Assembly: GCA_963806225.1 (NCBI GenBank)
Contig: CAWDXG010000004.1
Coordinates: 608,001 to 672,000, forward strand
Direction: 5' to 3'
DNA: 64,000 nt
Source of the DNA: an uncultured delta proteobacterium
GTDB taxonomy: Bacteria; Myxococcota_A; Polyangia; Polyangiales; Polyangiaceae
Numbering within the stretch: the stretch's first letter is position 1; each line of letters opens with the position of its first letter. Position numbers and translations under genes: made by a program. Shown here piece after piece: positions 9,548-19,559 of the stretch. Under the pieces are notes generated by a model. That model saw only the letters and a program-made list of their open reading frames with translations, was not told where the DNA came from and searched no databases.

Positions 9548-10552
9548 CTAGTGGGCGGCGCGTTTGCGGCTGCCCTTCGCCTCGACGGTGGCCTTGGCGA
9601 GCTGGCGCCGACACGAGTCGAGCAGCAGCTTCGCGTGCTCCACCCACGGCTGGTGGTCGGGCTCGGCCTGGGCCAGGTAGCGTTTCCAATAGCTGATCGC
9701 GCGCTCCAGCCGTTCCACCTTTTTCGCCGGGGCGCGCGCGTCGCGGGCATACGCCATCCACGCCAGCGCCTCGTAGTAGAAGAGGTCATACGACGGAACG
9801 AAGAAGACCCCGTTTGAATCGAGCGCGCTGCCGGGCATGCCAAACTTCGTCTGCACCTGGATCGCGTTCGCCTTGTGCATCGCATCCAGTGCCGACGGCA
9901 GGTCGCCGCTGCGCTCGAGCGTGATGCCGAGCCCGTAGTAGGCCAGCGCCCTGAGAGCCGGGCGCTGGGCTATCTGGAGGCCGCGACGGTAGTCGGAAAG
10001 CGCGCCCTGGAGATGCCCGAGCACCATTCGCGACTCGCCGCGGTTCATGAAGATATTGGCGCGCAGCTCCGGTTGCCAGGCCCGCTCGAGCGCGTGGTTG
10101 TAGGCATCGATCTCGAGCTTCGGCTTGTGGAGCTTGGCCTCCGCAATCGCCAGGTCGAACCAACCCTGTGCAGCGAGTGGATGCTCCGGGGCTTCGCGGA
10201 GCGCGCGCTGCAGCAGGCGTGCGGCCTCCCCGTATCGACCGATCGCCGGGTCGACCAGCAGATCACCGAGCAAGTACCTCAGCCGGACATCGGGCAGTTC
10301 GCTGCCGCCCGCCAGCTCGAGCATAGCCAGCGCCGAGCGTGTGAAATCCGCCTGCATGTCGGGGGCGAACTGGGCTTCCTGCGCTCTGAGGAGCATCCGC
10401 TCCACGCCGTGCAGAACGTGCTCCGCCCTCGCCAGGTGCGGGTCGCGGGCCTGGTCCCAGATCGACAGCTGCGCCACCGCAGGCCGCGAGACCAGCAGCG
10501 CCGCGGCCACGACGACCGACACCCAGCCTACCCGCTGTCCACCCGACGACAT
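9548..10552 (-). CDS. secreted tetratricopeptide repeat protein
   Basis: Signal peptide (PAVA-Q); TPR-like repeats such as FMNRGESRMVLGHLQGALSDY and YYGLGITLERSG. Confidence 0.8.
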   Translation of the reverse strand: MSSGGQRVGWVSVVVAAALLVSRPAVAQLSIWDQARDPHLARAEHVLHGVERMLLRAQEAQFAPDMQADFTRSALAMLELAGGSELPDVRLRYLLGDLLVDPAIGRYGEAARLLQRALREAPEHPLAAQGWFDLAIAEAKLHKPKLEIDAYNHALERAWQPELRANIFMNRGESRMVLGHLQGALSDYRRGLQIAQRPALRALAYYGLGITLERSGDLPSALDAMHKANAIQVQTKFGMPGSALDSNGVFFVPSYDLFYYEALAWMAYARDARAPAKKVERLERAISYWKRYLAQAEPDHQPWVEHAKLLLDSCRRQLAKATVEAKGSRKRAAH

Positions 10553-10555
10553 GAC

Positions 10556-11566
10556 TCAGTGCCGTCGCCTGCGTGCGGCGCCCAGCCCCGCCAGGTGCTG
10601 CTTGGCGTGAGCGGCCCACGGGCCCTTGCCCGCCGCAGACGCCAGGAACGCGCGCCATTGCTCCCGCGCCAGCGCCGGGTCTTCGCGCTCGGCGAGGATC
10701 GCCACCATCGCGGAGAGCTCGCCGGGAGGCAGCACCGGGCCGCTAGATGGCAGCGCCTTTTTGCGAGCGCTCGGCGCCGCGCGTCCGTCGCCTCCGGGCT
10801 TCGTCTTGTCGTTCTCGTCGAGGCGGCTCATCAGGCGCCAGGGTCCGCCCGCTTCGGCGGCGACGCCGCGCGCCTCCTCGCCGCGACCCTGCCGGTCCAG
10901 CGCGAGCGCCAGCGCGGCCGACACGTAGTCGCCGAACCCGGGCGGGCTGCGACGACGGCGCGCCTCCGTCAGATAGCCGATAGCCTCGTCGAGACTCTTC
11001 GGGCCCTGCGCCATCACCAGCTCCGCCGCTTCCACGTAGGCGCGCTGTCGCTCTGCAGCGTCCAGCAGGCTGGCGCGCGGCACCAGCGCCCGGTAGGCGC
11101 GCAGCGACTCCGCAGTGTGCCCGGAGCGCAGCGCTGAAACCGCAAGAGCGTGCAGAGCTCCCGGCGCGCGCAGCGCGCGGCGGGACAGCTTCAGCGCCTG
11201 CTGGAAGCTCCGGAAGGCGTCCGCTGGCTTGTCCTCGGCGAGCAACGCCCTGCCCTCCAGCACACGGGGCGCCGCATGACCGGGCGCCGCGCGCTCGGCA
11301 GCGCGCGCCGCCTCGAGCGCACCCGCCGCGGAATGCCCGAGCCGCGCGTAGCCACGCGCGAGATCGTTGCAGTACTGGAGCAGGCCGGGAGCGTGCGCGC
11401 GATCCCACAGCGAGCGCTCTTGGCCGGGGCCCGGAGGCGCGCACTCCGGCGGCCGCGGGCTGGCAGCAGCGGCAGCCCGCAGGCTGGCGCGGGCGCGCGG
11501 AGCCAGCGACAGCGGCCCGGAAGCGAGCTGCGCAAAGACGACGGTCGCAACAAACGCCGGCAGCAT
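10556..11566 (-). CDS. secreted TPR-like protein
   Basis: Hydrophobic N-terminus; helical Ala/Leu/Arg-rich TPR-like repeats; 3 nt from the downstream TPR gene. Confidence 0.65.
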   Translation of the reverse strand: MLPAFVATVVFAQLASGPLSLAPRARASLRAAAAASPRPPECAPPGPGQERSLWDRAHAPGLLQYCNDLARGYARLGHSAAGALEAARAAERAAPGHAAPRVLEGRALLAEDKPADAFRSFQQALKLSRRALRAPGALHALAVSALRSGHTAESLRAYRALVPRASLLDAAERQRAYVEAAELVMAQGPKSLDEAIGYLTEARRRRSPPGFGDYVSAALALALDRQGRGEEARGVAAEAGGPWRLMSRLDENDKTKPGGDGRAAPSARKKALPSSGPVLPPGELSAMVAILAEREDPALAREQWRAFLASAAGKGPWAAHAKQHLAGLGAARRRRH

Positions 11567-11616
11567 GGCCTGGAAAGCCTACTCCAGGCGCGAGGTGACG
11601 CCAGCCCGGATCGCCC

Positions 11617-12930
11617 TCAAGGCGCGGCCGCGCGCCCGAAGAAAGGGTTGTGCAGCATGATGGTCTCGCGCCGGCGCGGGCCCACGCTCACCAGATACAC
11701 GGGCACCCCGGCACCTTCCTCCAGATAGCGGACGTAGGCGCGCGCCGCCTTGGGAAGCTCGTCCAGCGTGCGGGCCGCTTCCAGGGGCTCCGTCCAGCCC
11801 TGGAGCTCCTCGTACACCGGGCGGCACGCCTGCGGATCGTCGAGCAGATCGATCGGCAGATCCTCCACGCGACCGTTCGGCGTGTCGTAGGCGACGCACA
11901 CCTTGATGCGCTCGAGCCCGGTCAGCACGTCGAGCTTGGTCAGCGCCAGGCCGTCCAGCCCGTTGACCCGCGCCGCATAGCGCAGCCCAGGCAGATCCAG
12001 CCAACCAGTGCGGCGCGGGCGGCCCGTCACGGAGCCGAACTCCGCGCCCGCTTCGCGCAGATGCCGACCATCGGCGTCGTCGAGCTCCGTGGGGAATGGC
12101 CCGCCGCCCACGCGCGTGGTGTACGCCTTGGTGATGCCGATCACGGTATCGATGCGGTTCGGTCCGATGCCGGCGCCAATCGCTGCGCCACCCGACACGG
12201 CCGAGCTGGAAGTCACGAACGGATACGTGCCGTGGTCGACATCAAGCAAGGTGCCCTGTGCGCCCTCGAACATCACACGCGCTCCATCGCGGATGGCCCG
12301 CTCGACCAGCATGGATGTGTTGTCGAGCATCGGCACGATGCGCCGCGCGGGCTCTTCGAGCGGCTCGACGACTTCCTTCACGCTTGGCAGCTTGCCGCCG
12401 AGCGCGGCGGCAACGGGTGCCCACGCCTCCAGCGAGCTCTCCACCCTGGCGGCAAGGCGATCCAGGTCGCGGAGCTCGCCGGCGCGCACGCCGGTGCGCC
12501 GCACCTTGTCCTCGTACGCGGGGCCGATGCCCTTCTTGGTCGTGCCGATCGCCTTGTCGGCGCGCGCACTTTCCTCTCTGAGGCCATCGATGAGGATGTG
12601 GTACGGCAGGATCAGATGCGCGCGGTCGCTGATCGACAGGCGCGCCTCCAGCCCCTTGTAGCCGCGACGGCCGAGCTCGTCGATCTCGCCGATCAAGACG
12701 CCCGGGTCGATCACCATGCCCTGGCCGAGCACGCAGCGGGTGCCGTCCCTGAGAATCCCACTCGGCAGCAGCCGGACGATCACCTTCTCGTCGCCGACGA
12801 CCAGCGTATGGCCGGCGTTCGGGCCTCCGGCATAGCGCACGACCATGTCGGCGACTTCCATGTAGATGTCGACGATCTTGCCCTTGCCTTCGTCGCCCCA
12901 CTGGGCGCCCACGATCACGACAGCCGACAT
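11617..12930 (-). CDS. purA: adenylosuccinate synthetase
   Basis: QWGDEGKGK, GGPNAGHT, GIGPAYEDK, EGAQG, GTYPFVTSS and TKLDVL. Confidence 0.98.
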   Translation of the reverse strand: MSAVVIVGAQWGDEGKGKIVDIYMEVADMVVRYAGGPNAGHTLVVGDEKVIVRLLPSGILRDGTRCVLGQGMVIDPGVLIGEIDELGRRGYKGLEARLSISDRAHLILPYHILIDGLREESARADKAIGTTKKGIGPAYEDKVRRTGVRAGELRDLDRLAARVESSLEAWAPVAAALGGKLPSVKEVVEPLEEPARRIVPMLDNTSMLVERAIRDGARVMFEGAQGTLLDVDHGTYPFVTSSSAVSGGAAIGAGIGPNRIDTVIGITKAYTTRVGGGPFPTELDDADGRHLREAGAEFGSVTGRPRRTGWLDLPGLRYAARVNGLDGLALTKLDVLTGLERIKVCVAYDTPNGRVEDLPIDLLDDPQACRPVYEELQGWTEPLEAARTLDELPKAARAYVRYLEEGAGVPVYLVSVGPRRRETIMLHNPFFGRAAAP

Positions 12931-12967
12931 GCCACCACCACTACCCTTTCCCGGCTTCCGCCAGGGC

Positions 12968-14320
12968 TCAGCGCGCCGGGCTTCTGCCGGACTCCTCCAC
13001 CAGACGTTCCACCACCACCCGGGCCAGCTCGCCGGGGCTTTGCCCGCTCAACGACTCCTGCCCTCCGGCGGCCAGCCGATGCAGCGCAGCGCCGGTGCCG
13101 GACAGCTCCACCAGATGCGAATAGTGCCACGCGCGGCCGTGGGCCGCCGCATCGCCGGTCGGCGCGGCCGCGCAGCGGATCGAACGCGCGCGCAGCAGAG
13201 AGCAGAGCTCGTGCGCCTGCCCCGCGCCAGCGCCGGCCGCCGCAGCGACCAGCACGCGCAGCTCCGGAGCCTCGATCTGCCCGGCGCTCGACAGGGCCCA
13301 CGCCAGGTTGTCGAGATCCACGGCAAAGCCCGCTGCTGGCTGCGGCACGCCGAAGCGCGCGAGCAGGCCGTCGTAACGCCCCCCCGACCCGACGGGCTGG
13401 CCCGGTCCCGCAGCGAGCAGCTGGAACATGATCCCGGTGTAGTACGCGAAGTTCCAGGTTTCCCCCAGGTCCACCACAACCCGGGGCGCGACTCCGGAGT
13501 CGACCACCGCTTCGTGTGCCCGGCGCAGCTCCAACGCCGGGCCAGCGGCCGGCGTCCCGGCGAGGAGCCGCTCCGCACGGGGCCAGATGTCCACGCTGCC
13601 GTGCAGCATGGGCAACTCGGCCAGCGCGGCCACCTCGCTGGAGGTCAGCCCGGCCTGCTGGGCGCGCCGCGACAACTCGGCGCCGTCCTTCAGCCCCAAC
13701 GCCTCCACCAGCCCGGCGCGGTGCTGTTCGGGCACGCTGTCGAGCAGTGCTCCGGCGATCCGCGCGTGGCCGAGATCGATCACGAAATCCTCGAGCCCGG
13801 CGCGGCGCACGGCGGCGGCCGCCGCCTCGATAACCTCGAGATCGCCCGCCGGCCCTTCGCTGCCGACCAGCTCGATACCCGCCTGCGGGATCTGCCGGCT
13901 CAATCGCGCTCGCTCGCGCCGGCGCCGGAGCACCGAGCCCTCGTAGCAGAGGCGCGCTGGCCAGGGCGCGTCCGCCAGCCGGGCTGCGATCAAGCGCGCC
14001 ACCTGCGGGGTCATGTCGGGGCGCAGCGCGACCACGCGGCCCGTCTCGGGCTCGACGAAGCGCAGCACGTCGCCGGGATCCAGCGAGCCCAGCCCCTTCT
14101 CCAGCACCTCGGCGTATTCGAACGCCGGCACCGACACGCGCTGGTATCCGAACAGCTCGAAGCTCTGGAGAACCCGCCGCCCGAGCTCCGCCTGGCGGCG
14201 CGCCTCGCCGGGCAGGAGATCGCGCATTCCGCCCGGCAGCGGATGGTTCAGCGCCTGCGTCCGCTCGGCGGAGACGCTCGGGCCAGGCTGTTTCCGGTCG
14301 CTGGGTCGGGGAGTGGGCAA
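12968..14320 (-). CDS. hisZ: ATP phosphoribosyltransferase regulatory subunit
   Basis: LPGGMRDLL, LRPDMTPQVAR, QAGIELVG, YYTGIMF and GGRYDGL; directly upstream of purA; start uncertain (TTG 14320 chosen, ORF open to 14392). Confidence 0.9.
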   Translation of the reverse strand: MPTPRPSDRKQPGPSVSAERTQALNHPLPGGMRDLLPGEARRQAELGRRVLQSFELFGYQRVSVPAFEYAEVLEKGLGSLDPGDVLRFVEPETGRVVALRPDMTPQVARLIAARLADAPWPARLCYEGSVLRRRRERARLSRQIPQAGIELVGSEGPAGDLEVIEAAAAAVRRAGLEDFVIDLGHARIAGALLDSVPEQHRAGLVEALGLKDGAELSRRAQQAGLTSSEVAALAELPMLHGSVDIWPRAERLLAGTPAAGPALELRRAHEAVVDSGVAPRVVVDLGETWNFAYYTGIMFQLLAAGPGQPVGSGGRYDGLLARFGVPQPAAGFAVDLDNLAWALSSAGQIEAPELRVLVAAAAGAGAGQAHELCSLLRARSIRCAAAPTGDAAAHGRAWHYSHLVELSGTGAALHRLAAGGQESLSGQSPGELARVVVERLVEESGRSPAR

Positions 14321-14445
14321 GTCGGCCGAGCTTATCAGCCTGGATCGAGCACGCAATTCCGAAAGGCGTTGCAGAACGCCGCCTTGTCCCACCCCGGAGA
14401 TTGCCGGCGGCGCCTGGCGGGACTTGCGGTATGTGTGGAGACGGC

Positions 14446-15198
14446 ATGGCTACCGGACAGCAAGAAAAGCCGACAATCAACGTGAACGAGCGGGGCGCGG
14501 AGCGCGACGGCAAGCCGCAGGTGATGAACCGCCGGCTCTTCATGCAGCTCCTGGTCTTCGACTGCACGGGCGAGCTCGGCGCGCCGGAGTCCGAGCGCGC
14601 GCTCGTGAGCTCGCTCGAGCGACGCGGCATCGCGGCGGTCGTCTACCACGACGTGAACAACCCCCGCGGGCTCGCACTCCTGACGTGGAGCGAGGACCCG
14701 GCGCACTTTGTCACGCACGTGCGCCCCATGTTCGCCGAGCAGGATCTCCAGGGACTCGAGCTCAAGCCGGACCTGACGATGCTCGGGCGGAGCTACAGCA
14801 GCGGCTTCGAGCCCGACCTCGAGTTCTGGCTGCTCGAACGCCCCCGGACCACCGCGCTCGACGAGAGTTGTCCCTGGGCGGTGTGGTATCCGCTGCGCCG
14901 CAGCGGCGCCTTCGAGCAGCTCGAGCCCCGCGAGAAGGGCGGCATCCTGCGCGAGCACGCCGTGATCGGCAGGGCCTACGGCGAAGCCGGACTCGCGCAC
15001 GACATCCGGCTTGCCTGCCACGGCCTGGATGCGAACGACAGCGAGTTCGTCATCGGACTGGTCGGCAAGGATCTGCATCCGCTGTCGCACGTCGTGCAGA
15101 CGATGCGCGGCACGCGACAGACCTCGACGTACATCAGCCAGATGGGCCCGTTCTTCGTCGGGCGCGTGGCCTGGCGCAGCGCCGGCAGCTCAGGCTGA
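14446..15198 (+). CDS. chlorite dismutase family heme protein, probably coproheme decarboxylase (ChdC/HemQ-like)
   Basis: WYPLRR, EHAVIG (proximal His), GLD..D.EFVI and GPFFVG; ATG 14446 with GGAG upstream; no signal peptide. Confidence 0.8.
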   Translation: MATGQQEKPTINVNERGAERDGKPQVMNRRLFMQLLVFDCTGELGAPESERALVSSLERRGIAAVVYHDVNNPRGLALLTWSEDPAHFVTHVRPMFAEQDLQGLELKPDLTMLGRSYSSGFEPDLEFWLLERPRTTALDESCPWAVWYPLRRSGAFEQLEPREKGGILREHAVIGRAYGEAGLAHDIRLACHGLDANDSEFVIGLVGKDLHPLSHVVQTMRGTRQTSTYISQMGPFFVGRVAWRSAGSSG

Positions 15199-15204
15199 GC
15201 GCTC

Positions 15205-15876
15205 GTGGTCGCCGCCGCTGTCCGCGCCGTCGTCTTCGATCTCGACGGCACTCTGATCGACTCGCGCCTGGACATCACGGCGGCAACGAACCACATGCTG
15301 CGTGCAGGAGGTCGCGACGAGCTCGCCGTGGACGAGGTCTGCCGGCACGTCGGCGACGGCGCGCGCTACCTGGTCGCGGGAGTCGTGGGGCTCGAGGAGA
15401 ACGACCCGGCACTCGACGCTTGGCTTTCGACCTTCCTCGACTACTACACGGCGCATGCGACCGATCAAAGCACCTTGCTGCCGGACGCACTCCGCGTGCT
15501 CGACGAGCTCTCCTTTCTGCCGCTGGCCCTGTGCACGAACAAACCGCGCGCCACGACCGACGCGACGCTCCGCGGTCTGTCGCTCGGCGGACACTTCTCG
15601 GCGGTCGTCGCGGGGGACGACCTGCCGGTGAAGAAGCCCGACCCCGGTCCCTTGCTCCACATCGCCCGCGCTCTCGGTCTACCCGCGAACGAGCTGGTGA
15701 TGGTGGGCGACGGACCCCAGGACATCCAGTGTGGCCAGGCCGTGGGGGCGCGCACGGTGGGAGTCGAGGGCGGCATCCTGCCGCGCGACGAGCTGGTCCG
15801 GTCCGAACCGGACGCGCTGATCCAGCTCGGCGAGCTGCCGCAGTTGATCGCGCGCTGGCGCAGCGCCGGCGGCTAG
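15205..15876 (+). CDS. gph: HAD family phosphatase (phosphoglycolate phosphatase-like)
   Basis: FDLDGTLIDS, CTNKP, KKPDPGP and MVGDGPQDI. Confidence 0.8.
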   Translation: MVAAAVRAVVFDLDGTLIDSRLDITAATNHMLRAGGRDELAVDEVCRHVGDGARYLVAGVVGLEENDPALDAWLSTFLDYYTAHATDQSTLLPDALRVLDELSFLPLALCTNKPRATTDATLRGLSLGGHFSAVVAGDDLPVKKPDPGPLLHIARALGLPANELVMVGDGPQDIQCGQAVGARTVGVEGGILPRDELVRSEPDALIQLGELPQLIARWRSAGG

Positions 15877-16616
15877 CCGACCAGCAGGTGGTAGGCCTGG
15901 CTGAGCTCGGCAAAGCGGCGCATCAATGCCTCGCGCTGACGCCCGCTCGCCGCCGGAAACCGATCCGGATGGTGCTCGCGCGCCAGCGAGCGGAATGCGC
16001 GCTGGACATCGCCCGGGCCCGATCCTGGCGGAAGACCCAGCACGCCGAACGCGCGCGCCCGCACCGGATCCTGACGGTGCGGTTGTTCGCGCCGAGTCGG
16101 CGGCCGGCTCGGCGGCGCGTGCGCCGGCTGGCGATCGCGGGTGCGCTCTCGGCCGTGCAGGAACTCGTGGGGGCTGAGCGGAAGCGCAGCGTCGGCGGAT
16201 TTCGGCCGTGCGACGTGGAAGCGCACCGACGCATCGTCTATCGCGAAAAGCGCGTCCAGACGCCGGCGCAGCTGGAAGCGGAGGGCCGCGTCCACAAGAC
16301 CGGGCGATGCCTCGCAGTCCTCCACCAGAAGCTCGCCGAGCCTGCGCCCGGGCGCTCTGTCGAGCCGGCGCACGAGACGCCGCAACGTCGCGTCGCTGAT
16401 GAATCCCTCGCTTCTCAGGATCTCGCCAAGACGGGGAGCCGTGAGCCGACTGTCGACGGCGCCCACCAGCCCGGCGTCGAGGTGCACGCGGTGGACGCGA
16501 CCCGCGGCGACTCCGCTCTGCTCCACCAGCTCCAACGTCCCGGTCGCCCGTTCACGGTAGAGCGAGCCGAGCAGGTCCCCCAGCGTCGTCGCACGTAGCC
16601 GACCCGGAAGCCTCAT
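15873..16616 (-). CDS. DUF4388-like N-terminal domain plus C-terminal J domain
   Basis: GRL..TTLGDLL..L..ERATGTL at the N-terminus; RLGELLVE; C-terminal J domain with HPD (AREHHPDRF). Confidence 0.8.
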   Translation of the reverse strand: MRLPGRLRATTLGDLLGSLYRERATGTLELVEQSGVAAGRVHRVHLDAGLVGAVDSRLTAPRLGEILRSEGFISDATLRRLVRRLDRAPGRRLGELLVEDCEASPGLVDAALRFQLRRRLDALFAIDDASVRFHVARPKSADAALPLSPHEFLHGRERTRDRQPAHAPPSRPPTRREQPHRQDPVRARAFGVLGLPPGSGPGDVQRAFRSLAREHHPDRFPAASGRQREALMRRFAELSQAYHLLVG

Positions 16617-16673
16617 CCTCCGGGCCGTAGCAGCCGCCGCGCCAGGCGGACAACTTTTCGCCCGCGGAGTCCG

Positions 16674-17111
16674 TCAGCGTTCGCGGATAGGGCCGACGTG
16701 GACGTCCGTCCGCAGCGTCCGCGTGTCCGGCAGACACAGTTCCGGGCCTTCCGGCGACCTGGTGCACACCACGGCCCGCGCGCGCACCTCCAGCCTGCCG
16801 TGGCCGCTGGCCGTCGCCACGAGCGCGATGGGAAGCCGGATGCGCGTGTCCTGTCGGGCCCCCGCCTGTCGCGGCCCGACCCGGGATCGTAGCGGGCGCA
16901 CGAAGCCGGGGGCGGCGGTGACCAGCGCGTCGGCCCAGGGCAGGCGCCCTCGGCTGACCTCGAGTTCCACCTCGCAGAGCACGCGTCCCGGCGAAGCCTG
17001 GGGCCGACAGGACAGATTCGCTCGCAAGCTCTGCGCGCTGTCCTCTGCGCGTGCGGGAACCGCACACAGGGATGCGCCCGCAAGCGCGATCAGCAGGAGA
17101 CGACGACCCAC
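16674..17111 (-). CDS. hypothetical secreted protein
   Basis: Signal peptide ending ARA-ED; beta-rich mature part with two Cys pairs. Confidence 0.55.
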   Translation of the reverse strand: MGRRLLLIALAGASLCAVPARAEDSAQSLRANLSCRPQASPGRVLCEVELEVSRGRLPWADALVTAAPGFVRPLRSRVGPRQAGARQDTRIRLPIALVATASGHGRLEVRARAVVCTRSPEGPELCLPDTRTLRTDVHVGPIRER

Positions 17112-17160
17112 GCCCGCATGCTAGCGGTCCGACGCCGCGTTCCGAAGCGTTTTCGAACGC

Positions 17161-18264
17161 TCACGACTGGTACAGGACTGGCTCGTGCTCGCGATACATC
17201 CCGTGCCACCTGAGCAGCGACGTTTGCGGCTTGCCGTCGGCGTCGTACTCGATGAGCGCGTAGGTGAGCCCGTTTTCCTGTCCCAGATGCTGCACGTCCA
17301 GGTTGATCATGCGCACCCAGCTGCCGGTGTTGATGTAGACCTTGCCGTTCTCGATCGCCCGCACCTTCGGCGCGTGGGAATGCCCGATGATGAGCGTGTG
17401 CACGCCGTGGAGCCGGCGCAGCGTCTTGATCGCGGCGCTGTCGAAGTCACCGATCGCGAAGATCTCCTCCTTCAGGACCAGCGGCAGCGCCTTCAGCTTC
17501 TCCACCACGCTGCGCACGCTCTTCATGCGCTTGCGCAGGAAATGAACGATGGTCCTCAGGCAGAACCCGATCGTGAAACGGAAGTCGAACAGCAGCGAGC
17601 CCATCAGGAACCGCCGGAAGGGCACGACCTGATCGATGTGCGGACGGCGGCGCTTGGCGGGATACAGGACCTCCATGCACCACAGGCTTCCCCACGGGAG
17701 CGCCAGCACGGGTTTCCCGCGCTCGCCCTCGGCCAGCACATGATCGTAGTCGAAGCGGTGGATGTTCTCGAACTGATGTCCATGCCGGATCTGGATACCT
17801 TCGGGCAACGAGTAGACACCCGTGGCCGTGATGAAGCGGACGCGGCTACCCAGCGCATCGGGCGCGACGTAGCGCAGGAACACGTCCTGCACCGACGGGA
17901 TCAAGAGCTCCGGATCGTGGTTGCCCGGAATATAGGTGATACGCTTGCCCGGCCGCTCGATGAAGGCCTTGAGGGCTGCCACTACACGCGGATGCCCCTC
18001 GAGGCAGCGGCGGATCTTGTCGGCTGCCAGCTCTTCGGTCACGTCAACCGGCCAGTGTCCCTCGACCTCGACTTTCATCAAGTCGAAGATGTCGCCGTTG
18101 AGGATCAGCTCGACTTCGTGTTCGGCGTAGCGCCCCGTCGAGTAGTATTCGACGAGTTCCACCAGGCGGTCGTCGTGGTGGAAGTCCTCGAACGGATTGA
18201 ACGCGCCCCGGCGCCTTCCCGTGCCGAGGTGCGTATCGCTGAGGATGACCCGGATGAGCTTCAT
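17161..18264 (-). CDS. calcineurin-like metallophosphoesterase
   Basis: SDTHLG, NGDIFD, GNHD, HGH and GHSH motifs. Confidence 0.85.
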   Translation of the reverse strand: MKLIRVILSDTHLGTGRRRGAFNPFEDFHHDDRLVELVEYYSTGRYAEHEVELILNGDIFDLMKVEVEGHWPVDVTEELAADKIRRCLEGHPRVVAALKAFIERPGKRITYIPGNHDPELLIPSVQDVFLRYVAPDALGSRVRFITATGVYSLPEGIQIRHGHQFENIHRFDYDHVLAEGERGKPVLALPWGSLWCMEVLYPAKRRRPHIDQVVPFRRFLMGSLLFDFRFTIGFCLRTIVHFLRKRMKSVRSVVEKLKALPLVLKEEIFAIGDFDSAAIKTLRRLHGVHTLIIGHSHAPKVRAIENGKVYINTGSWVRMINLDVQHLGQENGLTYALIEYDADGKPQTSLLRWHGMYREHEPVLYQS

Positions 18265-18322
18265 CTATGCCGGCTGCGATCCAGCGTACCCGATCGCGAG
18301 GGTGGGCGGCAGGTTCCAGCGC

Positions 18323-19384
18323 TCAGCTCGCGCTCGGCGGCGCATAGAAGTCGACCAATCGGATCGGCTGCGGGGAGAGCAGCGCCTGCACGCGGGACCG
18401 CTCCCCTTTCGGATCGCCGCCAATCTGGAACACCGTCGGCGGATCCACCTCTATGGTCACCGCCTCGACCAGATAGTCGAACAACACCGTCGGGCTTTCA
18501 TATTCGCCGCGCCAGATGGCCTTGAAATTCCGCACGAAGGGCAGCGGCGTGATGGTCGAGACGCGCAGATGCATGCGGCCCTCGCGCTCCTCGGCGTAGG
18601 GGAACATGCGGAAGCCGAACCCGTAGTACGGGATGGTCGAAAGCGCGGCGATGCGCGCCGGCCCTTCGTAGATGACCTCACCGCGGGGGATGGGCGGTCC
18701 CATCACGCTCCCCTTGGCGCCCATGCGGTGCGCGTCCGCCCCGTCGTTGATGACCCGGCAGTGGGGCACCCGCCGCAGCAGGTAGCTCGGCAGGGTCCGG
18801 GTGACGGACGCGACCGCGTAGCCCAGCGGACCGGCCGCTACCGGCTTGAGCGGCGTCCTCGACAGCGCGCTCTTGACGCGCTGGTAGTCGTCGAGCACGA
18901 CCGCATCGATACCGAAGCCGCAGAACGGCGCGATGAAGCCTTCCACTTCGATCAGGCGCACTTCACGGCTTCCGGCATCCTCCCTCAGGCGCTGGATGTC
19001 CGCCGAAAGGCCCCTGCCCTTGGCTTGACTGGCCCCGACCACCCACGCCAGGGCATTGCCGGTGCCAAGCCTGAGCAGGCCGAAGCGCGGCGGCAGCTTG
19101 CCCTGCCGGCGTGCGGCGTGGACGACCTCGGTGACCATGACCGTGAAGGTGCCGTCACCGCCGCCGGTGAGCACCGTGCCGTAGCCGCGCGAGACCAGCG
19201 TGTGGGCGATCTCGCGGGCGTCTTCCAGACGCCTGGACACGAACAGATCGCCGCCCAAAAGGATCTGGTCGAGCGTCGAGATCACCTCGTCGTTCACGCT
19301 CTTGGCGTTTCCGTTCACGACGACCGCAATGCGGTCGCTCGGCGGCGGGACGCTTGGGGGAGGCACGCTGTCGTTCGGCTGCAT
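18323..19384 (-). CDS. diacylglycerol/lipid kinase family protein
   Basis: VVVNGNA, GGGDGT, LRLGTGNALA, GFGIDA and FQIGGD; start moved to ATG 19384. Confidence 0.9.
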   Translation of the reverse strand: MQPNDSVPPPSVPPPSDRIAVVVNGNAKSVNDEVISTLDQILLGGDLFVSRRLEDAREIAHTLVSRGYGTVLTGGGDGTFTVMVTEVVHAARRQGKLPPRFGLLRLGTGNALAWVVGASQAKGRGLSADIQRLREDAGSREVRLIEVEGFIAPFCGFGIDAVVLDDYQRVKSALSRTPLKPVAAGPLGYAVASVTRTLPSYLLRRVPHCRVINDGADAHRMGAKGSVMGPPIPRGEVIYEGPARIAALSTIPYYGFGFRMFPYAEEREGRMHLRVSTITPLPFVRNFKAIWRGEYESPTVLFDYLVEAVTIEVDPPTVFQIGGDPKGERSRVQALLSPQPIRLVDFYAPPSAS

Positions 19385-19559
19385 CCGCCGCGATGTACCA
19401 CGTCGGCAAGCCGGGTCCTGGGCTCCAGAGCAGGCTCCGCGGCGGCGCGCCGTCAGGCAATTTGGCGCTGGCGAGCTGATGTAATAAGCTCTTGTTGCCA
19501 GGATAGCTCCGCGGCAGAGGGGCCCGAGGAGGGACGGGCCGCGGAGGCGCGGGGCATAG

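Noticed and set aside
14013..16598. Very long alternative ORFs (for example 861 aa here, and 39689-41629, 55837-57645)
   Set aside because: Arg/Ala/Pro-rich off-frame or antisense ORFs are expected at high GC, and they overlap well-supported genes
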